64,000 nucleotides of DNA, taken from the NCBI GenBank assembly GCA_951406725.2, contig OX597815.1, positions 112,034,001 to 112,098,000 of the forward strand, written 5' to 3'. This DNA comes from Octopus vulgaris. Taxonomy: Eukaryota. Under the pieces are notes generated by a model. It was given only the letters and a program-made list of their open reading frames with translations, was not told where the DNA came from and did no database searches. The position numbers and the translations under genes are program-made. Shown piece by piece: positions 49,978 through 64,000 of the stretch (position 1 is the first letter of the stretch; the number at the start of each line of letters is the position of its first letter).

Positions 49978-51201
49978 ATATATATATGTATATGTGTGTG
50001 TCTTTGTGTTTGTTCTTGACCCTCAGCACTGCTTGACAACAGGTGTTGATGTGTTTAGGTCCACGTAACCTTGTGGTTCGACAAAAACCATTCGAGGTGG
50101 TGTTCCAGCATGGTCGCAATCAAATGACTGAAACAAGGAGTAAAAGATAAAAGATACGTATGTTTTAAAGTCTTGTGCTATGTCTAAGAGCATTAAGAAT
50201 TAGGGGTACATAATTTGAGGAAGTTCTGGTTTACATTTTAATCTATATCAAAATTGTTACGACGTAGTGATATCGAAATTCGAACCGGGTTGTAAGGCAA
50301 AATACTGAACTAAATTGCAATTCTCTGAGTGGCTGCATTATTACTTGCATAGTTGCTGTTAATATAACGTGATGTCGTATATAATGAAATTTGTTTCTGC
50401 TCCATAACGTTATTACATTTTTGATGTTAACGCACGAAACGTATTGCATATTCTTTTACTATATGCCGTGTGTAAATTGGCGATTTGATTGTTTATGCAT
50501 GATATACTCGGATATTTGTTAATTATTTTATTGTTTATGTCATATTGTGTGCAACAAGATCCATAATTTCCCCTCTGCTTCCCAGAATAAACTTCAAATT
50601 CCCCCTTAAGCCTGTAAATTAATTTAGTGAAATTAATTATTAATTTGTCGAACTTATTTTCCTTTATTTGAAAATCCTTAAAAATTAATTTGATTTTACA
50701 TTTTTTTGTCGTTTTTAAATTAAGAAGAAATTTTCAATTATTCGAGAATATTTTTATACATCATTAAATGCATCTGTTCTAAACTTATTTATATAATCTG
50801 ATATATTTTCATTTACACATTTTGCCATCTTACTGGTTCCGACCAGAAAAGTTGTAGTTGTATCGTCTTGCGCAGCATCCCAAAAAGCACGGTCATCCTT
50901 AACATATTATATGTATGCTTAGAAAGTTTGAAAATAAAATGGTCGAGGGCCTAATAAGGTTACTTTGCAACTAAGGTATATTTTATTCCATTACAGGTGA
51001 GGATTACTGAACCAGAGACGTTTCCTAAAGCTTCAGATCAACCCATAAACGATTTAGTTCATCGGAGATCACTAGTTGTCGTCAATGAACATGAAATTTG
51101 TTTCTATTCTTACACATATTTACACAAACACACACTCACTCACATACACACACAAATAAATACATATTTAATTAGCAGAGATGTATAGAGTCGAGGGTGA
51201 A

Positions 51202-51238
<37 letters not shown>

Positions 51239-53684
51239 ATACGTATGCATGATCATTATGAATATGTATAACTAAAAATAAGGGTGTCTGTATGGTACAT
51301 TTGTAATTATTACCTTTGTATGGTATTTATTTCTATGCTGGCCACTTGATAATATCGATATTATCCTTATTTATAAATTTATATATATATATATATATAT
51401 ATTTCTTTACTACCCACAAATATATATACATATATATATTCCTACATATATATACACACAAACACACACACACACTCATACATACATTCATACATACATA
51501 CACAAATGCATACACTCACACATACATACACATATACATGTACGTATGCGCGTGTGTGTATGTCTGTAAATTTAGTCGCATCTGCATTTCATACAAATAG
51601 AATATAGAGGAAACCATTTTTCTTCCATAGTTTGGTTGCAGTAAGTCTCTGAAAGGATCAATTGCAGATGACTCGTGCAATATATCGTCATGATGGACTA
51701 CGAGTCACGGTGCCGAGCATCTGTTTTATGACCTGGAGACGCACCTCGCCACCTGGCAAACCGACGTTTGGGAATCTTTTCCACTACTTTCTTTATCAAC
51801 AACATTCTCATGCAAACTCAAAAGGCTTCATTTTTTTCTTGCCAATTGGCGTTTTTTTGAGATCGAAATGATGATCCAGATATGTGTATAGTGTGTTCTC
51901 ACTTAAGAAGAAACTTTGAATTCACTCCTTGACTCATAACTGGTAAACTCACAATTACAATCAAAATGGTGTTTTTAGGATGATTGAAGTATTCTGCAAA
52001 GCAACGACAATGAAACACAGCCACTACCGTAATTTCATGCACTTGAATTGTGTGGGAGAAGCGGGAAATATCACGCTTCCCGATCCATTTACGAACAACA
52101 ACGTAGTTATTGTCATTCTGCGTAACCAGTCATGGTCATCTTTGTTACTTTTGACTGAAATTCCAGCCATTAAATAAGCGCGGACATTTCAAATGACGCG
52201 GTTGAATATCATATACTTGCAACGATAAATACTGTCATTTTTCTTGAATGATATGCACAGGGTATGTAATAAAGGCGTGAGATGTTGTGATTCACTGACT
52301 CCCTGACAGATGTGTTTGCTATTGAAATACTGCTTAGTCGAAATCATTGTTTTCATTGAACTCAAACGACGCGGATTAACATTTAAGCATCTTTGTCTTC
52401 TGTTTCCTTACTTTACAGCTTTCTCCATTTTCTTTTTTTATTATATTTAATTAGTTATTCAATGCATTTTGTTTTTAATTTTTGTCTTGCAAAGACATAG
52501 CAGATTTTACAAACGAACTGTCATATGCGTTCATGATTGAGCATGTGTGTATGTGTATTTTGTTTGCATATTACTGGCGTACCCTTCAACAAAGTAAATC
52601 AGAACTCTGCAGACTTATATCCAAAGATTTTATTTTGTTTCTATTTTATATTTTAGTCGAAGGAATATGTATAGATTATTTAGAAGTGTATCTCATATCA
52701 CTCATACCCGTGTAATGTCGTGCGCTGAGGAAATCGGAGACGTGTTGTACCCATAAACCTTGGATGTTAGAAAAATAATTTCACAAAGACATGGAAAAGG
52801 AAATAATAATTGAAATGGACTTTGAGGAGATCGATCAGAATCAAAGAGACGCACAAAGGTAAGAGATAATTTGAACGATAATGAGAGATTAGAAAGAATG
52901 AAGAATACTAACCCGCCAAACGTAACGGAAAAAATAAAAGAAAGCAGTCAGGAGATGCTGCAGAAGAAACAAGATATTAACGAGAGAATAAAAGCAAAAA
53001 AGCAAATATAACACAAATAATGATAGTGAGAAATACGATACTGAAAGATATTTTCTTTTGACTGCAAAATATGATGGAAGTGATTCCGGGAGAAACAAGA
53101 GATAATAATAAATAAATGATTAATAAAACGAATATTTCTAAATTATAACAGTACATATGACAAAAACAGAAATAGATGATAAGAGATATGTTAAAAAACT
53201 ATAAACAGTGAGTATCGTGAAAAAATGCTGCGAAAATGAATAAAATCCAAAAATGCGTAATAAATATCGAAAGGAAAAAGAAATGAAATAAATGAAATAA
53301 AGAAAAAATGCAATGGAATTAAGAATGAATAGGAAATGCGAAACACAAAACTAAACAGAAAAGGAAGCATCTAAGGGGAACAAACGATAGTAAAATATAC
53401 AGGTGGCTAAGACATCATTTAGAAGCTGAAGACTATTTTTATTTCATGACGCTTATTTGGTGTCTTGGCATATAATCTATACAAATTCTTGAAAAACATT
53501 TACACTGGCTCCTCATTTTTTTTATATTTCAAGTCTTCATAATAAAAAACCTATATATCTAGAACTCCATTGAAAGCAGAAATTATTGTTTTCTAATATC
53601 GATGCTGTCAGCTAAAAAACATGGATTTCTCACTGATAAAGTATAATGCTTAATATCCTCAATAATGGTATTCTGCTGTCATAG

Positions 53685-54990
53685 ATCCCGGCAATATGAG
53701 TCTACGACATTTGCCTCCATGGACAATTACCAAAACCTCCACCCACCCACAAGGGATAATTACACCCGAGGACAACATCCCCTTAGAACAATTACCCCTA
53801 AGCAGTTAAACCCCGATATGTACCGTATTTGCCGGTGTATAAGCCGCTACCTGGGAAATTTAATGTGCGGCTTAGAGAAGGGCTAGCCTAATGTGTGTAT
53901 TTTTTATAAGTTGCAGGAGGAAAATAATTTGTGTATGGAGATCGACTGATTCCACTGATCTTTTCAGAAGAAAGGTCGGTCGGTGACCACGTAAAATTAC
54001 TGCTACAGTACATTCTTGGCTAGAAGAAAAGACAACATATTTGTTCTGTTTTTACCTTCATGTTTTGATAATGATATTTGTTATCTAATAAAGACTTTAA
54101 TACTGACATAACGCGTTTGTTGTTGATTATAGTCCAATGCCATTAATTTATACTCTGTATCCTGATAAAAACCAAACTACTTTTCTGGAGCACCTAAAAC
54201 TATCATGGTAGATTTTGAAAAGGACATAATTAATAGTTTATATTTGGCATTTCCTCATGCCAAGATAAACGGTCGTTGTTGTCACTTTAGCCAAAGGAAC
54301 ATTCAATTTCACGGATTTAAACAGCGATACCAAAAGGATAAAGAGTGTCCAATCTCTGTGAGAATGATTGCTGCTTTATCTTCTGTTCCTACTTATAATG
54401 TTGAAAACAATTTTGAAACACTTTGTGAAATAACTTCCACCAACAACATATCCCTTGCAAGTTTACTTTGAGGATACATACTTAGAGCGACCATGTGGAA
54501 GAGGAAGACGGCGAGAACAAGTTTTTCGAATGAATCTATGAAATGTGTACAACGGAACGTCAGATGAACTTACAAGAACAATGCTGTGGATGGGTGGCAT
54601 AGGAATGTTTTTATCAAATGCTGGTTGTTGCCACACAAGCATTTGGAAGTTTTAAAAATATATCAAAAGAGAACACGCATTACAACAAGTGCTTATGACT
54701 CAATCCTTGACGGGTTTTGCTAAACAGCCACCTAGAAAGAAATCGTTAGATGTTTCAGCCTGTGTTAATGCCGTAGTTAGCAATTATGAAAACATAAATG
54801 TGATACATTTCCTAGGAATCGCATATAATTTGCACTTTTAGACGAATATTTAAAACCTCTTAATATATTGGAGAGGGGGTAATAAACCAAGGAGGTTAAT
54901 TGTTCTAGGGGGAAGTTGGTGTCAGGAGGAATCGTAATTAGTGGGTGGGTGGGGGTAATTGTCCAAGGGGTTAATTGTCCTGATACGGGC
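53685..54990 (+). mobile_element. MULE (Mutator-like) transposon remnant with TIR-like ends
   Basis: 'MVDFEKDIINSLYLAFPHAKINGRCCHFSQ' (D..CxxH). Inverted GGACAATTACC / GGTAATTGTCC repeats at both ends. Confidence 0.85.
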
Positions 54991-56295
54991 AGTATTGGCA
55001 TACATTCTTAATTTATCACCTGCCTCTGATTTGAAACACAATATTACTATAACTTTTATATATTCATTCACTCTTATCTCTTATACATTTGTATATTGTT
55101 AATAATGAAAATGTTGGCTGCATATGACTTCTTTATGTCTGACCTGCAAATGAAAAATAGTTTTGCAATACATGCCTTTCCTGTAATTAACTGTTCACAA
55201 TGTACGACTAGATTCTGAAGTCAAACATTTAATTTTCTCAGCCAAATTTCTCAAATATAACTCAAACTTTTACGCTATGTAATGTATTCTTGATAAAATC
55301 TTTATATTTATGCAAGATATTTTGAGATATACACTTTACAATAATGAATTAATTGTTTTCTTCTGTTTGTTAGGGAAGCAAATGATGCAACACTTTCATT
55401 TATCATATTCAGAATACAAATAGCATATTTTTGGACAGAAAACGATAAAATATAAATAGTATAAATGCTTGAATATGGTAAACCCTAAAACAAATGCAAA
55501 AAAGATTAAAATGGGTAAATGTTGTTGTCAAAAACACAACAAATTAGTTTTTAAAAGGATATTTGTTCCGCAAGCACGAGATTCTCAACAGGTTTTTCGA
55601 CGCTACTCCTTTTAAAGATATTCTGAGAATTATGCGCAAGCTATTTGCAAACTTTGAAATTTTCCTCATTTCTAAAAATTAACAATCCCAGATAAACAAC
55701 CTCATGTTCTTCGATCGTTTTCTAAAGCCATAGTATAATATTTAATATACACACGAATTAATAATTTCTGACATAGGCCAATGCAAGAAATTTGGAGGAG
55801 ATTATATGTTGATTAAATCGATCCCATGCTAGACTAGTACTGTATTTATAAATTACAGATAGATGAAAGTGAAAGAAAGACGTCTACAGACTTGTACTTA
55901 GAAGACAAAACACAGCAACTGAATATCGACAGACTAGTTGTCCACTAGCCGACGTGAAAAATGTGTCCAACCACCGAAACAATAATGAAGAAAATATATG
56001 CATTTACTGCAGACCTTCTCGCTAATCAATTCTCTCAGCTATAGAGTTAGAATTGAAGTGAATTTTCTACCATGCATCTTCATTTTACTTGAAAGATATG
56101 AATAATTATTTATTTTCTAAGTGGACCTCATGATACTATATGTAATCACTCAATATATTGTGCATTACCTGTTGCTCATTTCGTTTGTCTGTCTATAGCT
56201 GACAAAGTGAATATAAGATAGAAAGACTAACAATATTGATCAAATGAATATTCAGCAAAACAATTCGGTTTATAGTTAAAAGTTCTAAGAAAAAT

Positions 56296-57045
56296 AGAGT
56301 GTCCCAAAAAGATATTTCTTAATTATTCAAAATAAACTTAAGGTAGCATAATGAAATTTGGCACATACATTTTAAGGTAAATTGTCAATCCACTGCAGAA
56401 ATTACGTTTCATAATGACCACTGTTTGTATTGATGTTAGACAGCAAACGAGTACTCACTCAGCTGCATGAGCATGTACCACCTCCTCATTCGACTTGACC
56501 CATGAAGAGAGAAGGGCTTTTTCCAGATCTGACATTTTTGAATAGGAATAAGAAGAAACATTATTCTCTGAGATGGATTAGAGAGCAAAGTCCATGGGAT
56601 TGATATCCGACTTGAGGGAGGCCACATCATATTTTCCCTAAAGCTGCTGAAATACTCTTTGTACTACTTCTGTGTGAAATTGGATGTGTCCCGGAGCCCC
56701 GTCTTGAGAGAAGATGTAACAGTCATCAAAAGTTCCTGTGATCAAGGATAACACCTTCATATTCAACATTTCCACCTGCACTTCACTGTTGACGTTGATG
56801 CCAGCATTGATTAAGATCAAACGAGACTAGGACTTATCGAATGCAACGGCAGACCATACCATGAATGAAGTTGGTTTCTGACGGCGTAAATTGCTCCTGC
56901 TACCGTCAGGCAAACTTATTGAATTACTTGCATATATCCTTTCATTCTGCCTTCTCGTCAACGCTTTGTTATCGGTGCGCTTCATCTCAACTAATATGGT
57001 TTTACTCCTTTCGAGCCGTTTCTTCTTGGAAGCTGCAGAAGGTAA
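56296..57045 (-). mobile_element. Tc1/mariner (DD37D-like) transposase 3' portion with one TIR
   Basis: 'MVWSAV', 'FSQDGAPGH', 'WPPSS..NPMDF'. Terminal TAGAGTGTCCCAAAAA. Confidence 0.8.
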
Positions 57046-59885
57046 TACGCCATACGGTTTCAGCGTTTTGTCCACAGATTCTGCACTTACCACTTTCAGC
57101 TGTGTTGTCTATTCTGTATTTTATGTAGATTGTTCTTAGTGCTTGCTCTTGGACAGCAAATATTAGGGCCTCCGTTTCTGGTTTTAAATTAATTTTAATT
57201 ATCCACAGCCATCTTTTTTCTCTGTCCGTCTTATCTTCAACATCCCTATGAAATTGACCATGCATTCTTTTCTTTACCCACGTACCTTCCATTTTCGTAT
57301 AGTGCTTTATCTTTGCAATCTTTCATTCTACACAAGCCTGACCTTCTAATAATAGCGGTTCTGTAGCATTTTTTACATACCAGCTATGTTGATTTCTTCT
57401 GCTCTAATGCTGCGTTTGCATCCAATAAGTCCTTTTTCCCCACATTTTTTTGGTACATACAGTCTGTCTGTGTCCCTTTTTGCGTGGAATGACCCATATA
57501 TAGTTAGCAACTTCCTTTTATTCCTGTTTAAGCTGTTTAGTTCGTTTACTGTCCATGCGAGTACCTATGCTCTATATCTAAGGAGTGAAACCGCCCAGGT
57601 ATTGATAGCTACGATCTTATTCCGTCCATTTAATTTCGACTTAGGAATGAGTCTTAGTCTGCGCAATTACTCTACTTTAAATTTTTCTCTCATTTCTTTC
57701 TCCATCAATTTATCCATTTCCAAAATCCCCAAGTACTTATAGCCTGTCTCTTCTATCTGCTTCATAACCTCCCCCTGCGGTATCGTTAGCCCGTCCATAC
57801 ATTTGATTTTGCCTTTCTTCAATACTAAAACATCGCACTTTCTCAGTCCGAACTACATTCCCATATCAGCACTGAAAGTATACATCGTATCAACACGAGG
57901 GAACTGACTTGGGCTTCATCTTTACCATAAAGTTTGAGGTCATCCATGAATAATAAATGGTTGACTTTTTGTTGGCGGCTTTTAAATGACTCCTTCAGAG
58001 TCACAGTTAGCGGTTTCAAACGCAGTACAAAGATCAGTGGCGACAGGCAGTCCCCTTGGAAGATGCCCACGTGATTTCTACTGCCCCGAAGCTTCTTCCG
58101 TATGCTGTCATTTCCGTCCTCCAACTCGCCATATTTTCCCAAGCAATCGCTTAACATTCGATGCAATACCAAATAGGTTCATACACACCATAATCCAAGA
58201 ATGTGGGATCATATCGTACGCCTTACGATAGTCGATCCATGACATGGCTAAGTTACTTTTCCTCCTCTTGCAGACTCTAAATGCAATTTTTTCTATCAGG
58301 GGTTGATCCTTGGTACCTCTGCACTTACACTTGCAGCCCTTCTATTCATGTCGCAGGAATCCATTTTTTCCAGATGTTCGTACATTGACTCTACGAGTAT
58401 TCCACTTAATAGCTTCCACATAAGTAGCAAACAGGATATCGGCTTGTAATTGTCTACCGTATTGCCTTTTTCGATTATTTTCAGGCACAGCACTGCCCTA
58501 CCCAATGTCAAGCACTCTGGTGTTACTTGGTCGGTGTTACTTTGTCAAATCGTTTGATCCAGTAGCCTTGAACCCCATCTGGTCCCGGGGTCTTCCAGTT
58601 GTTTATTTTTTGCTTATTTCTTTCACTTCCCTAGCTGAAGTTACTAGTTTGACCTGTTTTGGATAGACTACAGTTTGTTTCAGTTCTGGCAACCATTCAG
58701 CATCCTTCTTGTGCTCATTGTCTTCGCTCCAGATGTCACTCCAAAACCTTTGACTTTCAATGGTATCAACTGTTCATCTGTATACACACTCGTCATTTAT
58801 TTCTTGATAGAATCTCTTTGCTTCCTTTGCAACGAAGCGCTGTTTCGGTTCCTCTACTACTACTTTCAGACCCTTTCTTTCAATATTATACTTCCCTTTC
58901 AGCATCCTGTATTTTTGTTAGCTTTTAAGCTCCCCTTTCTCTTTTCGGTCGAGAGTATTTCTAACTCTGCCTGGATTCTTCTTTTCCACCATGGATCTTT
59001 TCTTTTGCCACTCCCATTGTGTTTCATTTTCTTGACATCGGCACCCACGTTTTCTGCTACAATAATACTTGCTGCCTTGATCAAATTATTTGTTTCTGTG
59101 ATGTTGTTTGTTCTGATATATTTCACAATTTCATTTACAGTTGTCGTTTCTTGGTTCAATTTCCATCGATCAACCTTTTTAAGGGTGCAATAAATGCCGC
59201 CATCGTTCTCCTGTAGACTTACTTTTATGCTGTCATAAATTGCCTTTTGTTCATCTGTCATGTCCTCATAAGTTTATTGTCTTCTTTTACATCATCTATA
59301 TGTCTGTCATCAAGTGAACTACCACTGCTCCGTTCCTGTGCTATAGGATTACTCTTATTTGTAAGAATTGTAGCTTCATTGTTATCTCTGCTGCTATTTT
59401 CCATGACCCGTCTTTTGATAGCTTCGTACTCTACGTCTGTGAACTAAAATTTTTCTCATTGCTCTAGCTTGATCACATAATCTCTGTTCCGTGAGGTGAA
59501 ACAATCCCTTTTCTTTCCAGTGATCATACATACATTGTCGGTAACCCCTAATTTGAGCACCATTTTCATCTAACGGGCTGCACAGATAGTAACATTCAAT
59601 GACAACAGCATTAATTTCCTTGCTCCATCTACACCATGTGCGGTGGTCCCTTTCTGTATATCGTCAAACTGGAACCAGAGCAGAATCACTGAGCCAACCG
59701 GGTGTACCACTGTCATCATTGTTGGCTTCAGTTTCATTCCCACCGTTATTCACAATGTTTTGTTTTTTCATTGTCACTTATATGAGGTTGCGATTATCAG
59801 CTTGCACAATTACCAGTGATTATATTGTGACGCCATTATTAGATGCATCATTATCAATCAGCCCATGAGGCTCTACCTGTTTCCT
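57046..59885 (-). mobile_element. R4/Dong-like RLE LINE, 5' end retained, 3'-truncated
   Basis: 'TEQRLCDQARA', 'PWWKRRI', 'NYKPISCL', 'WIDYRKAYD', 'GIFQGDCLSP', 'HLLFMDDLKLY', 'AVQEQAL', 'CRICG..AETV'. Confidence 0.92.
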
Positions 59886-59937
59886 TTCATTGTTGTTATT
59901 ATTATTATTATTATTATCATTATTATTATTATTATTC

Positions 59938-61866
59938 AGTAGTTTTAGTTTTATAGCGTGCTTTCACTTCACTACCGAGCGCAGCTCTGTGTGCCTTAGG
60001 TATGTGCTGTGATTTGTGATGCTCTGATGGTTATTGTACAGAAAGTGTTTTGCGTAGGATGTGTGCAGTGCCTAGTAGCGCAATTTTCTGTATGTTATAT
60101 GTGTTTGAAAGTCCTGGTGTTTTTGTTGTGTATTTGTCTGAATATTTTTTTATCATGCCTAATGCACCTACTATGATAGGAATTGTTTCTGTTTTTAGAT
60201 TCCACATTCTGCTTATCTCTATTTCCAGGTCTTTGTATTTTGAAAGTTTCTCCAGTTCTTTTAGAGACACGTTGTCATCTGCCGGTATTGATACATCAAT
60301 TAGAAAGCATTTTTTTCTTCATGATCTTTGACAACTATATCTGGTTTGTTAGCCTAAATTTCTCTATCTGTGTGTATCGGCATATCCCAGAGTATGGTTG
60401 CTTTCTCGTTTTCTGTGACCTTTTCTGGTGTGTGCCTATTCCATCTTTTTTCTGTTGTTATTCCATAATGTTGGCATAGATTCCAGTGTATGTAGGTTCC
60501 AACTCTGTCATGTCTGTGAATATATTCCTTCTTAGCCAGGACTGAGCAGCCAGAGATAATATGATTTATTGTTTCTTGTCCATCTCCACATATTCTGCAG
60601 TTACTTGTTATATTTCCTTTCATTACATGTTTTTGGTAATTTCTGATGGGGAGGCTTTGGTCTTGCGCTGCAAATAAAAATTCCTCTGTCTCTGCGGTGA
60701 GTCCTGAGCTTCTCAACAATTGCTGGGATTTTTCTTTGTCTGTTTCTTTTGCGTTTAGTTTAGTCCAGTATTCACCATTTCTTGCCATCGTTTTATCATG
60801 GTTCGTTGCTGTTCTATTTTTAGTTTGGATTTCATTTGTTTTATAGCTTTTGATGTTTCTTCATCTTCTTCTTCTTCTTCTTCTTTTCTTCTTCTTCATC
60901 TTCATCTTCTTCTTCTTCTTCTTCTTCTTCTTCTTCTTCTTCTTCTTCTTCTTCTTCTTCTTCTTCTTCTTCATTTTTATTAGGTGGTATGATTTCTTGA
61001 TTGTATTTGTCAGCTTCCTTAAATACTGAGAACATTTGTTTTGTTTTGCTCGTGTTTTGCCGCTATTTGTATCAGTTTTCCTTCCTTCTGAAGTAGATAT
61101 TTTTGCAGTCCTATGGTGGTTATTTTATAGTAGTTTTCCAGCTGTATAAGGCCTCTACCACCTTCTATACGTTGTATATATAGTCTTTATATGTCAGATT
61201 TTGGGTGATGCATCCTAGATCCTGTCATTATTTTTCTTGTTTTCCTATCTATTTTGGTCAGTTCATTTCGTGTCCAGTTAAGGATATTGTAGCTGTAACT
61301 TATAACTGGGACAGCTAAAGTGTTAATACCTATTATCTTGTTTTTAGCATTGAGCTCTGTTTTTAGTATTGATCTAACTCGTCTATAATATTCTTTTTTA
61401 TTTTCTCTTTCATTTGTGTGTGTTGTGTCTTATCTAGTTCATGGATTCCTAAGTATTTGTAAGGTTGGCTTTGGCCTAGTTCTTTTATTTCATTGGTTTT
61501 ATCTAGTGTGATGTTGCTACTCTTAACTAGTTTTCCTCTTTTCAGGGTTACTTTGGCGCATTTTTCTAATCCAAATTTCATCTCTATTTCTTTGGTAAAT
61601 CCATGAACTGTCTTTAATAGTCTTTCCAGCTGTTTGTCATTTGCAGCGTATAGTTTTAGGTCATCCATATATAAAAGGTGGCTGATCGTTTTGCCGTAAC
61701 ATTTATATCCGCATCCAGTTCTATTTAGCATATCAGATAGAGGTGACAGTGCCAAGCAGAAAAGGAGTGGAGAGAGCGTGTCTCCCTGGAATATTCCTCT
61801 TCTAATGGGGATGTCTTTAGTTTTCATGAGTCCCTCTTTTGTTTGGAGCTGTAGCACTGTTTGCCA
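59938..61866 (-). mobile_element. R4/Dong-like RLE LINE, 5'-truncated, flanked by (TAA)n
   Basis: 'RRGIFQGDTLSPLLF', 'HLLYMDDLKLY', 'CRICGDGQETINHIISGC', 'RHDRV', 'IPIIVGALG'. (TTA)n on both sides. Confidence 0.95.
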
Positions 61867-61867
61867 T

Positions 61868-61875
61868 TTATTATA

Positions 61876-61950
<75 letters not shown>

Positions 61951-62005
61951 ATTATTATCGTTATTATTAATATTATCATCATCATTATTATTATTATTAT
62001 TATTA

Positions 62006-62048
<43 letters not shown>

Positions 62049-62104
62049 CATTATTATTATTATTATTATTAATATTATTATTATTATTACCATCATCATT
62101 ATTG
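61868..62104. repeat. (TTA)n microsatellite
   Basis: Directly visible. Confidence 0.95.
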
Positions 62105-63271
62105 AATTTAAATGAAACTATGTTTACTCTACCGTTGATGCACTAGGGTTGATATAATCTGTTTCTTACTCCCCCAATATTATTGGCTTTGTGCCAAATT
62201 TTGAAACCATTATTAATATTAATGATCACATATACAAATATATAGACGAGAAGTTTCTTTTAGTTATCTATACGTAAAGTTTGTGAAGTTATTTTCTTTG
62301 TGTGTACAAAGTTAAAATAAGTAAAATTATAATTTTTGTAGCAATTTAAAATTAGTTGATATTAAAACTATATTCTTATTAGTGAAACATTGACACATTT
62401 TGGTAACATTCTTCTTTCGTGATTCTAATCTCAGTACATTATATGCAACATATATTATACATGTAAGTAATTGACATTTAAACAGTTCTAAATATTCCAT
62501 TTAATTTCCTTTAATTTATTTTACTTTCACTTAATTTACTTTACTTGTTTTTATATTTCTAAATGTTAGCATTACTATTAATTTGTAAATACACAATGAG
62601 ATACGAAAAAAGCTAAATTTTGAGTATTGTAAATGTATAACCTTACCTAATATTACTCATAATCATATAAACTTATTGTCAATATAATACGTGATCGTAT
62701 ATAATAGGATGTATATCGAATATATTCTTTGGTTGATCACTCATTTGTGCATTCTGTTGACTCATTAATTTATAACATTTTGAAATTTGTATTATCCATC
62801 ATTTCATTTGGTGACAAATCACCAGAAAATTATGCATGTTACATATGAGGTTGAATGGTTAATATTTGGGGCTTTACAGGGAGTGGTCAATATTTAACCG
62901 TCCATGTAAGCCAAAAGATTTTCATTTTTTATTTTATTTTCAATTTCGCAGAATTATGACTTCATTAATTTAAGTTTTGCTTTAGCTAAGAAAGAGAATT
63001 TGAGGAACTTTTTATCATTTCTTTCCTTTTTTTTTCTTTCTAATCGTTCCACTTTTTGCATGTACTTTCTTCACATTTTTTTCGTGTTTTTTCATCTTTT
63101 AAAAAAACATGAGGTAGGTTTTTTAAATGCATCAGACGATGCAACTGAGTCTCAAATATTGCTTGTTATATAATCTAGCCAAATTATTATTTCCCTAAAA
63201 CATGAAACTATTAGCAGCACATTTGTAAGCTGGGTATATTGAATAGTATACACCCCCACACAAATATATTG

Positions 63272-63358
<87 letters not shown>

Positions 63359-63371
63359 TTTATATATATAA

Positions 63372-64000
63372 TTTCAGCAAAACAATTAAGATTCAAATGA
63401 ATTCAAATGAATTCAAATGAATATGGTACTTAACTTAGATGCACCAGAATTCTATATGGTATTAACCGTAAAAATATGTGGGGTGATTATAACCAAGAAA
63501 AAAGTAACAAGATTGGATCAGTAATTCGGTACAATTGTTTCATACTGAGAACATTTTTATTTAAAGCTGCAAATATTACAGCAAATATAATGTCAAGTAT
63601 TCCTCAGCCAAATCACATATATGTTTTCCAACCATCCTAGAAAGTGTAAATATCCTTATGAAGTATTCAGAGTGAGTTCTATGAATTCGAAGTAAGGTAA
63701 TAAGCAGACTTTATATGTTTTACAACAATGCACAGTTTTTTAAAATATTTTAAAAAAGATTATTAAATTCTCAGAGAAGGTAAATCCAACCATAAAGGTG
63801 TTGATATAAATTCCGGGAAACATGAGGAAAGGTGTTGTTAACACACTGGTTCAGTTCACATCTAACTGTTGCAAACGGAATTTAGTAGTAGTAAGGAATA
63901 TAGCGACGTAGGTTTAGCCAAGTAAAGGACCTTATGGGAGGAAAGTAGTGGGGGAGTAAGAGGGAATAAGGGTGCCACAGACAAAGATTAGTCTGTTTCT
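63372..64000 (-). mobile_element. PLE 3' terminal region, same family as 14.7 kb; runs off the window
   Basis: Tail ATATGGTACTTAACTTAGATGCACCAGAA, HHR, and similarity to 14702-15100. Abuts (TA)n. Confidence 0.85.
63524..63613 (-). ncRNA. Type-I hammerhead ribozyme
   Basis: ATTTGG-CTGAGGA-ATAC...GTAT-GAAAC-AATT-GTA-CCGAAT. Confidence 0.8.

Larger units (their letters stand above)
49010..50155 (+). mobile_element. Full-length SINE (5' half 49010-49165, 3' half 49995-50155) with two nested insertions
   Basis: A-box-like TGGCTAAATGG and B-box-like GGTTCAGTC head, internal (TA)n, CR1-like tail. Confidence 0.75.

Noticed and set aside
50997-51188. ORF after an acceptor-like TTACAG
   Set aside because: No recognisable domain, and it runs into a microsatellite without a donor.
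63391-63422. ATTCAAATGA x3 as a CRISPR-like or regulatory array
   Set aside because: Simple slippage duplication within the PLE tail; no spacers, and the context is eukaryotic.

Overview
AT-rich eukaryotic (animal) genomic DNA, dense in microsatellites and almost entirely made of decayed transposable elements. The repeat repertoire suggests an octopus/cephalopod genome, which is an inference. No intact host protein-coding gene can be supported; one candidate terminal exon is noted at about 35.4 kb. Identifiable elements are two Penelope-like retroelements (PLEs: a Naiad-like copy at 14.7-17.8 kb and a Neptune-like copy at 22.9-25.0 kb), many short PLE-type terminal fragments sitting in (TA)n tracts, R4/Dong-like RLE LINEs next to (TAA)n, CR1-like and RTE LINE remnants, Tc1/mariner, hAT, MULE and Helitron-like remnants, and several SINE families. 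The main hidden signal is a set of about nine minimal type-I hammerhead ribozyme (HHR) motifs, read by eye, from at least five sequence families. They include a U3-A8 core variant, a pair held in a spacerless 646-bp palindrome, and one fused downstream of a tRNA-derived Pol III head. That last arrangement is a candidate SINE-like element carrying its own ribozyme and possibly mobilised by PLEs. A common SINE with an internal (TA/TG)n tract repeatedly hosts these PLE fragments. Element boundaries are approximate, and no ribozyme activity has been tested.
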